NCBI GenBank assembly: GCA_963779415.1
Contig: CAVZYA010000001.1
Coordinates: 256,001-320,000, forward strand
Direction: 5' to 3'
Length of the DNA: 64,000 bases
DNA from: an uncultured Acidobacteriota bacterium
GTDB lineage: Bacteria; Acidobacteriota; Thermoanaerobaculia; UBA5066
Position numbers and translations under genes: made by a program. Below the pieces are notes generated by a model that was not told the origin of the DNA, made no database searches, and saw only the letters and a list, made by a program, of their open reading frames with translations. This document shows positions 41,404-50,649 of this stretch, piece after piece. How positions within the stretch are numbered: the stretch's first letter is position 1; each line of letters opens with the position of its first letter.

Positions 41404-41533
41404 GGGACATGGTTTGCCCCGGGGGAACGGGTCTCGTGCCGAAGGGCGGCAGAAAGAGGAGACGCTTCAGTACCCTGGAGCCCCTGTTTCGGTCCCGGTC
41501 TCCCGATGACCGCATCGGCCCATCCAGCTGAGA

Positions 41534-41567
41534 TGTAGATCTTTCAACCGGGACAGAAGGGGCTGCA
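41534..41567. promoter_or_regulatory. Candidate bEBP enhancer between divergent sigma54 promoters
   Basis: TGTAGATCTTTCA at 41534 and CAGAAGGGGCTGCA at 41554; reverse complement reads TTCTGTCCCGGTTGAAAGATCTACA. Confidence 0.6.
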
Positions 41568-41640
41568 ACCGGGGCAGGCCGATGGACGCCAGTCATCGGA
41601 GCCGGCGCGTCCGAAGCCCTGGCCGGGCCCCTTCACGCCG

Positions 41641-41656
41641 TGGCAGGGGAATTGCG
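41641..41656 (+). promoter_or_regulatory. sigma54 promoter
   Basis: TGGCAGGGGAATTGCG; predicted +1 falls just before the GGAGGA RBS. Confidence 0.85.
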
Positions 41657-41678
41657 CTGGCGGTTCTGGAGGACGACC

Positions 41679-42914
41679 ATGAAGAGAGTCGCGGCGGCAA
41701 TCATTTTTCTGGGAGCGCTCGGGATGGTCATTTCCGCGCCGCAGGCGTGGGCGCAGGTGAGCGTCGGCGTCAGCATCGGAGGTTTCTACGACGAGCTCTC
41801 CCCGTACGGAGAGTGGGTCGACTGCAGCTACGGGGGATGCTGGGTTCCGCGCGGCGTCGGCGCAGGCTGGCAGCCGTATACGAACGGTCAGTGGATCTAC
41901 ACGAGGTACGGGTGGACCTGGGTGTCGAATGACCCCTGGGGCGGCGATCCCTACCACTACGGCACGTGGGCCTTCGTCGACAGGTACGGCTGGGCGTGGG
42001 TTCCCGGAACGGTCTGGGCGCCGGCATGGGTGACCTGGAGTTACAGCGACAGTTACATAGGATGGGCGCCCATGCCACCTACGGTGGCTTTCGGCAGCTC
42101 CGGCTACTCCGGAAGACCCGTTGTCCTGAACGAGGCACGGTATGTCTTCGTCCCGACCAACCAATTCGTCGGCACGAACGTCACGTCGGTTCGAGTGGAA
42201 TCGCGGCGCAACGCGGAGATCTTCCGGCAGGCGAAGCCGATGACCCGATTCGGGGTCTCCGGTGGCATCGTCACGAACGAGGCCCTTCCCATGGCGACCG
42301 TCCAAAGGGCAATGGGCGGCAGGAAGATCGAGACGCGCGAGATCAGCACCGCCCATACCACGCCCCGGACGTTCTCGTCGGGCGGTACCGCCAAGAGCGG
42401 GCACGTGGCCATCGTCGCGCCGGCGCCCGAGTTGAAGGCGGCGCGCGCCTCCCGGCAGGGGGCGGCACCCCACGCGGCGACGCAAGAGCCGCAGCACCAG
42501 CAGAAGGCGAAGCCGCAGCAACAGCAGGTGCACGCGAAAACACCACCGCAAAATGCGAAGCCACAGCAGGAGCAGGCGAAGCCGCAGCAACACGCCAAGG
42601 CGCCGCCGCAGCAGCAGGAGCAGGCGAAGTCGCCGCAGCACGACGCGAAGACGCCGCAGCAGCACCAGGTGAAGACCCCGCAACAGAATGCGAAGCCACA
42701 GCAGCAGCAGGAGCAGGCGAAGCCGCCGCAACACGCCAAGGCGCCGCCGCCGCAGGAGCAGGCGAAGCCGCCGCAGCACGACGCGAAGACGCCGCCGCCG
42801 CACGAGGTGAAGACGCCGGCGCAGCAGGCGAAGCCAGTCGGCGAGGAGAAGGGTAAAGACCAGAACAAGGAGCCGAAGAAGGAGCAGCCGGGCAAGGAAG
42901 AGCCGCACGGATAG
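41679..42914 (+). CDS. Secreted DUF6600-domain protein with Gln/Pro/Lys-rich repeat tail
   Basis: FYDELSPYGEW, WQPYTNGQW, PYHYGTW, WVPGTVWAPAWV; imperfect QEQAKPPQH repeats at about 42490-42835. Confidence 0.88.
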   Translation: MKRVAAAIIFLGALGMVISAPQAWAQVSVGVSIGGFYDELSPYGEWVDCSYGGCWVPRGVGAGWQPYTNGQWIYTRYGWTWVSNDPWGGDPYHYGTWAFVDRYGWAWVPGTVWAPAWVTWSYSDSYIGWAPMPPTVAFGSSGYSGRPVVLNEARYVFVPTNQFVGTNVTSVRVESRRNAEIFRQAKPMTRFGVSGGIVTNEALPMATVQRAMGGRKIETREISTAHTTPRTFSSGGTAKSGHVAIVAPAPELKAARASRQGAAPHAATQEPQHQQKAKPQQQQVHAKTPPQNAKPQQEQAKPQQHAKAPPQQQEQAKSPQHDAKTPQQHQVKTPQQNAKPQQQQEQAKPPQHAKAPPPQEQAKPPQHDAKTPPPHEVKTPAQQAKPVGEEKGKDQNKEPKKEQPGKEEPHG

Positions 42915-42960
42915 CTCGATCACCCCCCGGCGTGAGGCGATCTGAACGTCGCCGTGCCGT

Positions 42961-43845
42961 ATGACCGAAAGGCGAGGGATGCGACGGGTTGCTCGCGGGA
43001 TTCTGGAGTTTCTCGGCGAGACCCTCCATCGCTGTGTCCGGCACTCGGTCGATACTCAAAGCGCGGCGCTCGCGTTTTACACGCTCTTTTCGCTGGCTCC
43101 CGTACTCCTCGTCGTGGCCTCGATCGCGAGACGTCTGTTCGGCGAAGGGCGCGTTCACAGCGGGATCGCGCGTCTGTTCCAGGGTGTCATGGGCCCGGAC
43201 GCCGGCCTTGCGGTCGCCGCAGTCCTCGAGAAGGCGACAGGTCCCGGTATCGGAGCCGTTCCCGGAGGAATCGCCGGGATCGTGGCGTTCGTTCTGGGCG
43301 CGACCGCCGTCTTCCTTCAGCTCCAGGAGGCCCTGAACCGGGTATGGGAGGTCGCACCGCCGCCGGGGCCCATGTTCCGCGCGCTCTTGAAGAGGCGGTT
43401 CGTGTCGTTCGCCCTCCTGCTCGCGGTCGGCTTTCTGCTGCTCGTCTCGCTGACGTTGAGCACCGGCCTGACGGCCCTCACCAATTTCGTCGTCGCGCGC
43501 GTCCCACTCTCCGTGTCGCTCATCTCTCTGGGAAACGAGGCCCTCTTCTTTCTCGTTTTCACCGTTCTCATCGCGCTGATCTATCGAGTCCTGCCGGACG
43601 CGAATCTCAAATGGCGGGACGTCGGCATCGGTGCCGTCGTGACGTCCGTACTTTTTTCGATCGGGAAGTGGCTGGTCGGCTTTTATCTCGGGCAGACGGC
43701 GGTCGCGTCGCGGCTCGGGATCGCGGGTTCTTTCGTCGTCATCCTCCTGTGGATCTACTACGCCTCGTACGTGGTGCTCTTCGGCGCCGAGCTGACGGCC
43801 GTCTACTCGAGCCGACACGGCGTTACGGGCCGCCCGGAATCGTGA
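42961..43845 (+). CDS. YihY/virulence factor BrkB family membrane protein
   Basis: AALAFYTLFSLAP, LQEALNRVW, LLWIYYAS..LFGAE. Confidence 0.92.
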   Translation: MTERRGMRRVARGILEFLGETLHRCVRHSVDTQSAALAFYTLFSLAPVLLVVASIARRLFGEGRVHSGIARLFQGVMGPDAGLAVAAVLEKATGPGIGAVPGGIAGIVAFVLGATAVFLQLQEALNRVWEVAPPPGPMFRALLKRRFVSFALLLAVGFLLLVSLTLSTGLTALTNFVVARVPLSVSLISLGNEALFFLVFTVLIALIYRVLPDANLKWRDVGIGAVVTSVLFSIGKWLVGFYLGQTAVASRLGIAGSFVVILLWIYYASYVVLFGAELTAVYSSRHGVTGRPES

Positions 43846-45211
43846 ATCGGATCGACGCCGGACCCATCTTCGCGCGGAACTCTCCGTGCCGCCGGCCGGC
43901 GTTCGACCGATAGTCGCCCTCCATCGAGAAGTCGCCCGCCGAAAGTCGCAGCGACGTCAATGCGAGCCGCGACGGCCCGGCCGCGAGACGCCCCGTCACA
44001 TGGAGATCCTTGAGATCGAGAAGAATCGCGACCCACTTCGCAAGGCCGGAAGGGAGGAGCGCGACGACAGGCCTGGCGTCGCGAAGCGTTCCGGCGAGCT
44101 CTGCGTCGAACGAGCCGTCCGCGAAGAAGAGCCGCGCCGCTGGTGCGGAGAAGGTCGCGGCCCAGGGACGGGACGGGGCGTCTCCAACCGCCACGTCGGA
44201 AAGAACGACCTCTGTTCCGGCAAGCGACGCCTCGCCCCGGCGAAAGTCGACGTCGGTCGCGTGGATTTCGACCCGCGCCGAGCCTCTGATCGTGCGCTCC
44301 ACCTCGCGGACGGTCACGTCGCTCGTCCTGGCCTCCAGGCGAACCTTTCCGACACCATTCTTGAGCCCGACCCGCTCCCGAATCGAACCCGCGCCGCCGG
44401 AAAGATGAAAACCGCCCGTGTCCGGTGAAAGGAACGCGAGGCCTGCGAGATCGCCTCTCAGCTCGGATCCGCCCGACATGATCTTCCAGACGTCGTTTCC
44501 CCGATAGGCGCGCGTGTCGAAGCGCGGAAGCTCGCACCAAACGGCTCCGAAAGTCCGCTCTGCCACCTTCGAGTCGCCATGCAGCAGGTCACCCGCGGTC
44601 ACCTCCAGCCGGGCGGGGCCGACGCGTGCTTCCCGGCCCGGCAGGAGCTCGAAGCCCCCCGCGACCCTCCCGTTGCCGGTCCACTTCCATGCGTCGATCC
44701 AGATCTCCTCGACGCGCGCCACCGAGAGATCGTCGATCACGACCCGCCAGGGGCTTCCCGTGGGCTCCGCCGGAGAAGGCGTCGCCTGCAGGAGCGGCGG
44801 GTCGGCAAACCCCCCGATCCGCGGGTATCGAGCGAGACGCGCCGGGGTTGCCTCTTCCCGACGGAGCAGCTCGCGCAGCCGGAATTCGAGCTTTTGGGCC
44901 CGAACGCGAGTCGCGTGAAACCGACGTCGCAGAAGGTCCGCGAGCGACACACGAAGCTCCACGCCCTGGAGCGCGGCCTCGAATTCGGCGTTGTCGTCGT
45001 TGCTCCGGAGCGTCAGCGAGTCGAACGAGAGGTGACCAGGAAACCAGGACCTCGCGCCCCGATATTCCACGACGAGTGAGCCCGGGTCCCCGTTGACGAG
45101 ACTTCGAAGGAGGCCGGTTCGAAGGAAGACGTTCGTCGCGAGAACCACCAGTACCGCGAGGCCGAGGAGGCCCACGAGCCCCCACCCGGCCACGCGAAAT
45201 CCGCGCTTCAT
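43823..45211 (-). CDS. Membrane-anchored beta-rich hypothetical protein (possibly AsmA-like)
   Basis: ORF track; N-terminal TM anchor; last gene of the sortase operon. Confidence 0.65.
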   Translation of the reverse strand: MKRGFRVAGWGLVGLLGLAVLVVLATNVFLRTGLLRSLVNGDPGSLVVEYRGARSWFPGHLSFDSLTLRSNDDNAEFEAALQGVELRVSLADLLRRRFHATRVRAQKLEFRLRELLRREEATPARLARYPRIGGFADPPLLQATPSPAEPTGSPWRVVIDDLSVARVEEIWIDAWKWTGNGRVAGGFELLPGREARVGPARLEVTAGDLLHGDSKVAERTFGAVWCELPRFDTRAYRGNDVWKIMSGGSELRGDLAGLAFLSPDTGGFHLSGGAGSIRERVGLKNGVGKVRLEARTSDVTVREVERTIRGSARVEIHATDVDFRRGEASLAGTEVVLSDVAVGDAPSRPWAATFSAPAARLFFADGSFDAELAGTLRDARPVVALLPSGLAKWVAILLDLKDLHVTGRLAAGPSRLALTSLRLSAGDFSMEGDYRSNAGRRHGEFRAKMGPASIRFTIPGGP

Positions 45212-45215
45212 GAGT

Positions 45216-45908
45216 TCATCGGGAGACGCGCGCGACGGGCGCGCTCCTCAGGGCGCCCGACGAGCGGGTCGAGACGCCCTCCAACGAACGCGGAGAGGCG
45301 CGCACGATGAATCGGTCCGGCGCGTGCCCCACGTACCCGAACGGATAGCACGTCACGAGCGTGAGGACGGCGTCGCCGGTCGGGTCGAGAACCCGCGTCT
45401 CCTGCGCCCGGACCACCTCGGTCGAGTCCACGAGATAGTCGTAACGGCAGCCGGCCGTGCGAATCTGGATCGTGTCGTGGAGCCGGATGTGCCGAAGCGC
45501 GCGGAAAAAGGAGTCCCGGTGCCCCGCGAGGACCATGTTGCCCCGCTCACCGGGCCGCGCCGTCCCGGGGACGTGGCCCACCGCGACGCCGAGCGTCGTG
45601 TCATCGTCCCCCTCCCGCACGATCGCCGAGACGCCGATCCGCGGGATCTCGATCCGGCCGAGGACGAGCGGATCGGCATCGGGAGCCCGCGCGAACGGTC
45701 CGGTGGACGCCGACGCCGGAGGAGAGTCCGGGCCGTACGTCGGCGTCGCGGCCCGTCGCTCCATATCGGAAAAGGCGCGCCCCTGGCGCGCCTGGTAGAT
45801 TCGTGTGTTGACGATCGCCGCGAGGGCCCCGCCGAGGAGCGAGACGCCCAGGACCGAGAGGACGAGCTCGGCCCGGCGGAGCCACCGCGCGATGCTCGAC
45901 CTTGTCAC
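45216..45908 (-). CDS. Sortase (class D-like)
   Basis: N-terminal TM; GNMVLAGHRDSFF (His), LTLVTCYPF (TLxTC Cys), downstream Arg in DRFIVRA. Confidence 0.93.
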   Translation of the reverse strand: MTRSSIARWLRRAELVLSVLGVSLLGGALAAIVNTRIYQARQGRAFSDMERRAATPTYGPDSPPASASTGPFARAPDADPLVLGRIEIPRIGVSAIVREGDDDTTLGVAVGHVPGTARPGERGNMVLAGHRDSFFRALRHIRLHDTIQIRTAGCRYDYLVDSTEVVRAQETRVLDPTGDAVLTLVTCYPFGYVGHAPDRFIVRASPRSLEGVSTRSSGALRSAPVARVSR

Positions 45909-46600
45909 GCCGCCCGGTTCGCGAACGTGCGAAGCCCGAAGGCCACGCCAAGCGACAGCACCCCGAGCGCCCCGAAAAGCGGAACGTTGCTCGCCGTCTT
46001 CGGCAGCTGCTTCGGGGGACGGGCCTCTGCCACGACGGGGGGAGCCGGCTCCGGCGCCTTCTGAACCACCGGCGCCTGGTATGGCTTCACCTGCCGCTCC
46101 GGCGTCACGACTGCGAGAGGCACGGACTTGTACTCCGCTTCCTTCGCCTTGTCCGGAATCGCGATCACGGGCTGCTTGGCGACTACCGCAAGCTCCATGG
46201 CGCGCCCCTCGGGATAGACGATGTCCTCACCGTTCTCCGCGTTGCCGGCGAACCAGGTGCGAAGAGCCTTGGTCTGACCCGCGGCGGTCGGGTAATAGAC
46301 GAAGCGGCTCTCCGGGATCATCTCGTCCCTCTGGAGCAGGTGCGGAACGGCGAGGACGGTGGCGAAGACCGTCGTCCCCTCCACGTTCGAGACCTGAACG
46401 ATGTGCCGGCTTGGTTCCTGCAGCGTCAGTCTGATGAGGTACGTTCCCGGCTGCAGGGTGACGCTCCCCACCTCGAGCGGCTCCGTTATGGTGAAGGTCG
46501 AGTGCTCGATAGCGCTTTGTGCAGATGCCACGGGCGCCATTGCGACCCCGAGGAACGTCGCGAACGTTCCCAGGGCCAGACAGGTCATCAGCTTCTTCAT
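45905..46600 (-). CDS. Sortase substrate with LPXTG-like signal (LPKTAS)
   Basis: Signal peptide; Pro-rich linker; LPKTAS, then a hydrophobic helix and basic tail (RTFANR); GTGA overlap with the sortase. Confidence 0.88.
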   Translation of the reverse strand: MKKLMTCLALGTFATFLGVAMAPVASAQSAIEHSTFTITEPLEVGSVTLQPGTYLIRLTLQEPSRHIVQVSNVEGTTVFATVLAVPHLLQRDEMIPESRFVYYPTAAGQTKALRTWFAGNAENGEDIVYPEGRAMELAVVAKQPVIAIPDKAKEAEYKSVPLAVVTPERQVKPYQAPVVQKAPEPAPPVVAEARPPKQLPKTASNVPLFGALGVLSLGVAFGLRTFANRAA

Positions 46601-46692
46601 TTCGGGACCTCTTTCTCTTTCTGGTTGTCGTTGCCGTTGGCCAGGTTGAGCTGTCGGAGACAGTTGAGTAACCGATGCGTCCTTCAGGTCCG

Positions 46693-46842
46693 TCAGATCG
46701 CCCTTCGTCCCTGGAAGAGGTTGAACAGGAGGACTACGACGGCGACGACGAGCAGGACATGGATGACGCCGCCCATGGTGTAGGACGTGACCATTCCGAG
46801 AGCCCAGAGGACCAGGAGGATCACGAAGAGTGTCCAGAGCAT
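46693..46842 (-). CDS. lmo0937-family small membrane protein (copy 3)
   Basis: MLWTLFVILLVLWALGMVTSYTMGGVIHVLLVVAVVVLLFNLFQGRRAI*. Confidence 0.9.
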   Translation of the reverse strand: MLWTLFVILLVLWALGMVTSYTMGGVIHVLLVVAVVVLLFNLFQGRRAI

Positions 46843-46864
46843 GATGTCTCCTTTCTTCCGTCTT

Positions 46865-47005
46865 TCATTCCGGGCCGGGAGCGGCGGGGACGGACTCCCG
46901 CCGTGCCCGAAGTGGAACCGTTGGCTCTGCTGAGGAGGCCGACGCCGAGAGGAGCCCTGTGAGGAAGAGGGCTGCTGCGAGGATCGGGACTGAGTTCTTG
47001 TTGAT
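46865..47005 (-). pseudogene. Decayed N-terminal remnant of the BON protein paralog
   Basis: ATC-initiated frame INKNSVPILAAALFLTGLLSASASSAEP resembles MNKTPVSIISAALSLTWLLSAPPANAAP (8872) at the same distance from a homologous promoter. Confidence 0.6.
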
Positions 47006-47031
47006 GGTCTGAAGTCTCCGGCTGGGACGAC

Positions 47032-47047
47032 CGCAATGCCCCTGCCA
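47032..47047 (-). promoter_or_regulatory. sigma54 promoter (lmo0937-LPXTG-sortase operon)
   Basis: TGGCAGGGGCATTGCG. Confidence 0.85.
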
Positions 47048-47108
47048 GCGTTGGCGGGCTGTCTCGAGATCGTTGGCCCCGCGGGGAAGCTTTTTCGCGC
47101 CCGCGGCT

Positions 47109-47142
47109 TGAAAATAGTTCCGTCACACTTGAAAGAGGTGCT
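47109..47142. promoter_or_regulatory. Candidate bEBP enhancer (tandem dyads)
   Basis: TGAAAATAGTTCC at 47109 and TGAAAGAGGTGCT at 47130, 21 bp apart. Confidence 0.65.
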
Positions 47143-47309
47143 GGCCGGGCATTCCCGCCGGCGACACGGCCGCTCTACACGGACGTTGCCGTACGAGATC
47201 GTCATCCTTGGCGTCTACACGAATCGACGTCGGGGCCCGGCAAGGTCGCCCGGGCCACGACTTTGACTCAACTTCCGACCGGAGAGATGCTTCCGTCGTG
47301 GCCCCCCGA

Positions 47310-48971
47310 ATGCCGAGCGCGCCCGGAGCCCCGTTCCTGCGGGTTCTTTTCGTCGCGACTGACGAGGAGGACGACCTCCTGATCCGCGACCTCGTCGCGC
47401 GAATGCCGGTCCGCGTCGAGGTCGACTGGGCGCGTTCGTTCGACGCCGGATTCAGCCAGATGACCTCGCGCCGGTACGACGCCCTCCTCTTCGACGCGGA
47501 GCTGGGCGCGAGGAGCGGCATCGACCTCTTGCGCGCCTATCGCGAGGCGGGGGGCGAGGCGCCTGTCCTTCTGCTGGGTGACGTTCAAGACCGGGCGCTG
47601 GATCTCGCCGCGATGGAGAACGGAGCCGCCGGCTTTCTCGCGAAGGGCCGCCTCGACGCGGAGCTTCTCGAGCGTTCGATCCGCTACGCCGCCGAGGCGC
47701 GGCGCCATGAAATTTCACTCCGGCAGGCCCGGGAGGAGCTGCAGGAGCGGGTCGAGGAGCGCTCCGCCAGCCTCGAGACGATGAACGCCGCCCTCGAGGC
47801 GGAGGTGGCCGAGCGGCGGCGGGCCGAGCAGAAGCTCCGCGACGTCGATCGCCGGAAGAACGAGTTCCTCGCCACCCTCGCGCACGAGCTGCGCAATCCC
47901 CTCGCCCCGATCTGGCACGCGACGGAGATCCTCTCCCGCGTGGGCGACGGCGAGAAGGACCGGGGCCGCGCCGCCGAGGCGCGGAAAGTGATCGAGCGGC
48001 AGGTGACCCACCTCGTCCGCCTCATCGACGACCTTCTCGACGTCTCCCGGATCAAGCACGGGAAGGTCGGCCTCAAGCCCGAACGGGTCTCCCTCGCCTC
48101 GGTCGTGGAGAGCGCGCTCGAGGCCACGCGGCCGCTCTTTCTCAGCCGGGGCCACGCGATCGACATCGCCCTGCCCGAGGCTCCCGTCGTCCTGCACGGC
48201 GATCCGGTCCGCCTCGCGCAGATCCTCACGAACCTCCTCTCGAACGCGGCGCGGTACACCGAGCCGGGCGGCACCGTTCGCGTCGAGGCGGCCCGCGAGA
48301 GCGAAGCCGTCCTCGTTCGTGTCGTCGACTCCGGCATCGGGATCCCTGCTGCAAAGCTGGCGGACATCTTCGAGATGTTCGGCCAGGCTGCGACAGCGGA
48401 GACGGTGGGCCGCGGCGGGCTCGGGATCGGCCTGACGCTCGCGAAACAGCTCGCCGAGCTGCACGGTGGCTCCCTGAGCGCAGCGAGCGAAGGGCCGGGC
48501 CGAGGGAGCGTCTTCACGCTTCGCCTCCCGCTCGCGGCCGGCGCCGTGGCCCCGACAGAGGTCCGCCCGGCGGTGCGCCCGGCGCCCGCGGCGCCTCGGC
48601 AGATCCTGATCGTGGACGACAACGCCGACGCGGCCCGGACGCTTGCCGAACTCCTCGCTCTCGACGGTCACGAGACGCACGTGGTGTACGACGGCCCGGC
48701 GTCCGTCGAGGCGGCCCTGCGCCTGAAACCCGATGCCGCCATCGTCGACATCGGGCTTCCGGGCTTCAGCGGGCTCGAGGTCGCGCGGCGCCTCCGGCAG
48801 GAGCCGACCCTCGCCGGCCTCCTCCTGGTGGCACTGTCCGGCTGGGCGCAGATGGAAGACCGCGCCCGATCCCGGGAGGCCGGGTTCGACCACCACCTCG
48901 CCAAACCGGTGAACGTCACGACGCTCGAGCGGCTTCTCGCGCGGGAAGACGCAAAGCCCGGGACGAACTGA
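47310..48971 (+). CDS. Cytoplasmic hybrid histidine kinase (REC-coiled coil-HisKA-HATPase-REC)
   Basis: FLATLAHELRNPL H-box; NLLSNAARYT; DSGIGI; GGLGIGL; C-terminal ILIVDDN...VDIGLPG...HLAKP; no TM helices; start uncertain. Confidence 0.93.
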   Translation: MPSAPGAPFLRVLFVATDEEDDLLIRDLVARMPVRVEVDWARSFDAGFSQMTSRRYDALLFDAELGARSGIDLLRAYREAGGEAPVLLLGDVQDRALDLAAMENGAAGFLAKGRLDAELLERSIRYAAEARRHEISLRQAREELQERVEERSASLETMNAALEAEVAERRRAEQKLRDVDRRKNEFLATLAHELRNPLAPIWHATEILSRVGDGEKDRGRAAEARKVIERQVTHLVRLIDDLLDVSRIKHGKVGLKPERVSLASVVESALEATRPLFLSRGHAIDIALPEAPVVLHGDPVRLAQILTNLLSNAARYTEPGGTVRVEAARESEAVLVRVVDSGIGIPAAKLADIFEMFGQAATAETVGRGGLGIGLTLAKQLAELHGGSLSAASEGPGRGSVFTLRLPLAAGAVAPTEVRPAVRPAPAAPRQILIVDDNADAARTLAELLALDGHETHVVYDGPASVEAALRLKPDAAIVDIGLPGFSGLEVARRLRQEPTLAGLLLVALSGWAQMEDRARSREAGFDHHLAKPVNVTTLERLLAREDAKPGTN

Positions 48972-48996
48972 TTAGGGAAGGGGCGCCCAGCCCGTC

Positions 48997-49425
48997 TCAA
49001 GCCGAGGCGAGATCGTCGAGAAGCTTCGAAAGCGTGGCGACATGCTGCCGCTGACGTGGCACCAGCTCGTGCTCCACGAGATCGTGCGCCTCGCCGTCGA
49101 GCGATGGCAGCGCGGCTTCGTACTCGGCGAGGCCGCGCTCCTCGGCCTCGAGAAGCTGCCGAACGGAGACGGCGTCGCGAAGGATGGCGAAAGAGCCCCA
49201 GGTGCCCGCCTCGGCGGCCGCGACCCCTCCGAGGGCCCGAATGCAGACCTGCAAAGCCGCCACAGTCCGCTGGTGCCCGGCAGCGAACCCGAGGACTTGG
49301 ACGGAGTCGTCTCCAAGCCTGCCGTTCAGCGAACGGACGGCGTGTTGGTAGGCGCGGACCGCGGCAATCTCCGCCCGGAGAAATGCGTTGAGGCGCTCGG
49401 TCGATCGCGCGTCCGGGGGGATCAT
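48997..49425 (-). CDS. Ferritin-like (DUF2383/PA2169-like) protein (copy 1)
   Basis: LNAFLRAEIAAVRAY...H...LEAEERGLAEY...QRQH; TGATG overlap with the upstream gene. Confidence 0.75.
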   Translation of the reverse strand: MIPPDARSTERLNAFLRAEIAAVRAYQHAVRSLNGRLGDDSVQVLGFAAGHQRTVAALQVCIRALGGVAAAEAGTWGSFAILRDAVSVRQLLEAEERGLAEYEAALPSLDGEAHDLVEHELVPRQRQHVATLSKLLDDLASA

Positions 49426-49697
49426 CAGCGGCGCCTGAACAGGTGGACGACCGCGACGAAGAGGGCGGACCCGATGACCGACCAGAGAACCGGGAAGGCC
49501 TGCCCCGCGACATGGAGCACGATCGGCTCCGGGAGCTTCATCTGGCGTGCGATCCAGGAGCCGAGGAGCGCGCCGATGAACCCGAGGACGATCGAGACGA
49601 GGCACCCGCCTCGAGTGCCGCCCGCAATGGAGCTCCCGATGGCGCCGCAGATCGCGGCGATGATGATCAGAAGAAGGATTTGAGGTATGGAAATCAT
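49425..49697 (-). CDS. GlsB/YeaQ/YmgE stress-response membrane protein
   Basis: GGCLVSIVLGFIGALLGSWI...WSVIGSALFV. Confidence 0.9.
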   Translation of the reverse strand: MISIPQILLLIIIAAICGAIGSSIAGGTRGGCLVSIVLGFIGALLGSWIARQMKLPEPIVLHVAGQAFPVLWSVIGSALFVAVVHLFRRR

Positions 49698-49709
49698 GCC
49701 CCCGGGACA

Positions 49710-49725
49710 AGCATTTCGGATGCCA
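49710..49725 (-). promoter_or_regulatory. sigma54 promoter
   Basis: TGGCATCCGAAATGCT; dyad-like TGGACGCTTTTCA at 49800-49812. Confidence 0.75.
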
Positions 49726-49833
49726 GTGACCCCCCGGGCGCTCCCCGCCGGAAAGCCCGGTCGAGGGACGCACGAATTGTAGAAAGCGCTTGCCTCGAAT
49801 GGACGCTTTTCAGGGCCGCCACGGGCTGGCCTT

Positions 49834-50535
49834 TCATTTCTCGTCGACGGGCCTGCGCGACGAGATCAGGTTCGGGTAGGCGCTGCCGAAGAATTTGAAG
49901 AGTTCCTCGACCTTCGCGTCCTCCCCCTGCCGCCATCCGACGTCGCGGAAGCGGTACTCCTCGCTCTTCGTCTTCACGACCCACTCGAAGCACTCGTTTC
50001 CTCCGGACTTTTTGAGGCAGGTGAGCTGCTGCTCGGTCATCTGCACAGCCGGAATGAGGAGGTTCTTCCCCGCATCCCTGGAGTCCATCCAGCGAAGCGA
50101 CGCATCCTTGAACTCGAGGACCCCGGCGTCCCACCGGCCCTTGAACATGACGAGCCCGGAGTTCCTGCGCGTAAGGCCGTCCCATCGGCGGGAGGCACCG
50201 GGGCCGGGAGTCGTTTGCGCCAAGGTCGCGGCCGCTTCGGTTTCCGCTCGCCGATGGGTAATCGACGTGATGAGGGTCTCGGGGACGCCGGCGTTCCGGA
50301 GTCGCACGACGTCTGCGGCCGTCAGGTCCCGGGCGAGATCCGAGCGGGAGACGTACTTGTCGATGAACTCCTCGGAGAGGTTGGCTCTCCAGAGCTTGAT
50401 GATGTCCTCGACCAGGACGGAGTTCGCCGAGGGCGCCACCGCCGTGGTGGGGGGGTCCTCCGGTTCCGCCGCGATCCGGACGGCTACTTCTGACGTCGCC
50501 GCCACGAGAGCGAGGGCTACAACGAGCATCTTCAT
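49834..50535 (-). CDS. Secreted hypothetical protein
   Basis: Signal peptide; DIIKLWRANLSEEFI...LTAADVVRLRNAGVPETLI helical motif; GGAGG RBS. Confidence 0.75.
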   Translation of the reverse strand: MKMLVVALALVAATSEVAVRIAAEPEDPPTTAVAPSANSVLVEDIIKLWRANLSEEFIDKYVSRSDLARDLTAADVVRLRNAGVPETLITSITHRRAETEAAATLAQTTPGPGASRRWDGLTRRNSGLVMFKGRWDAGVLEFKDASLRWMDSRDAGKNLLIPAVQMTEQQLTCLKKSGGNECFEWVVKTKSEEYRFRDVGWRQGEDAKVEELFKFFGSAYPNLISSRRPVDEK

Positions 50536-50567
50536 GGGGGGACCTCCCGTTTTCTCACGTCAGGTAC

Positions 50568-50583
50568 CGCAAGGATCGGGCCC
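50568..50583 (-). promoter_or_regulatory. sigma54 promoter
   Basis: GGGCCCGATCCTTGCG, GG-N10-GC with TTGC. Confidence 0.6.
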
Positions 50584-50649
50584 GCGCCGACCGGGTTCGC
50601 GGGCCCACGAACAAGATGACTTCCAGGACACGGCCTCTCGGGAGCCGGG

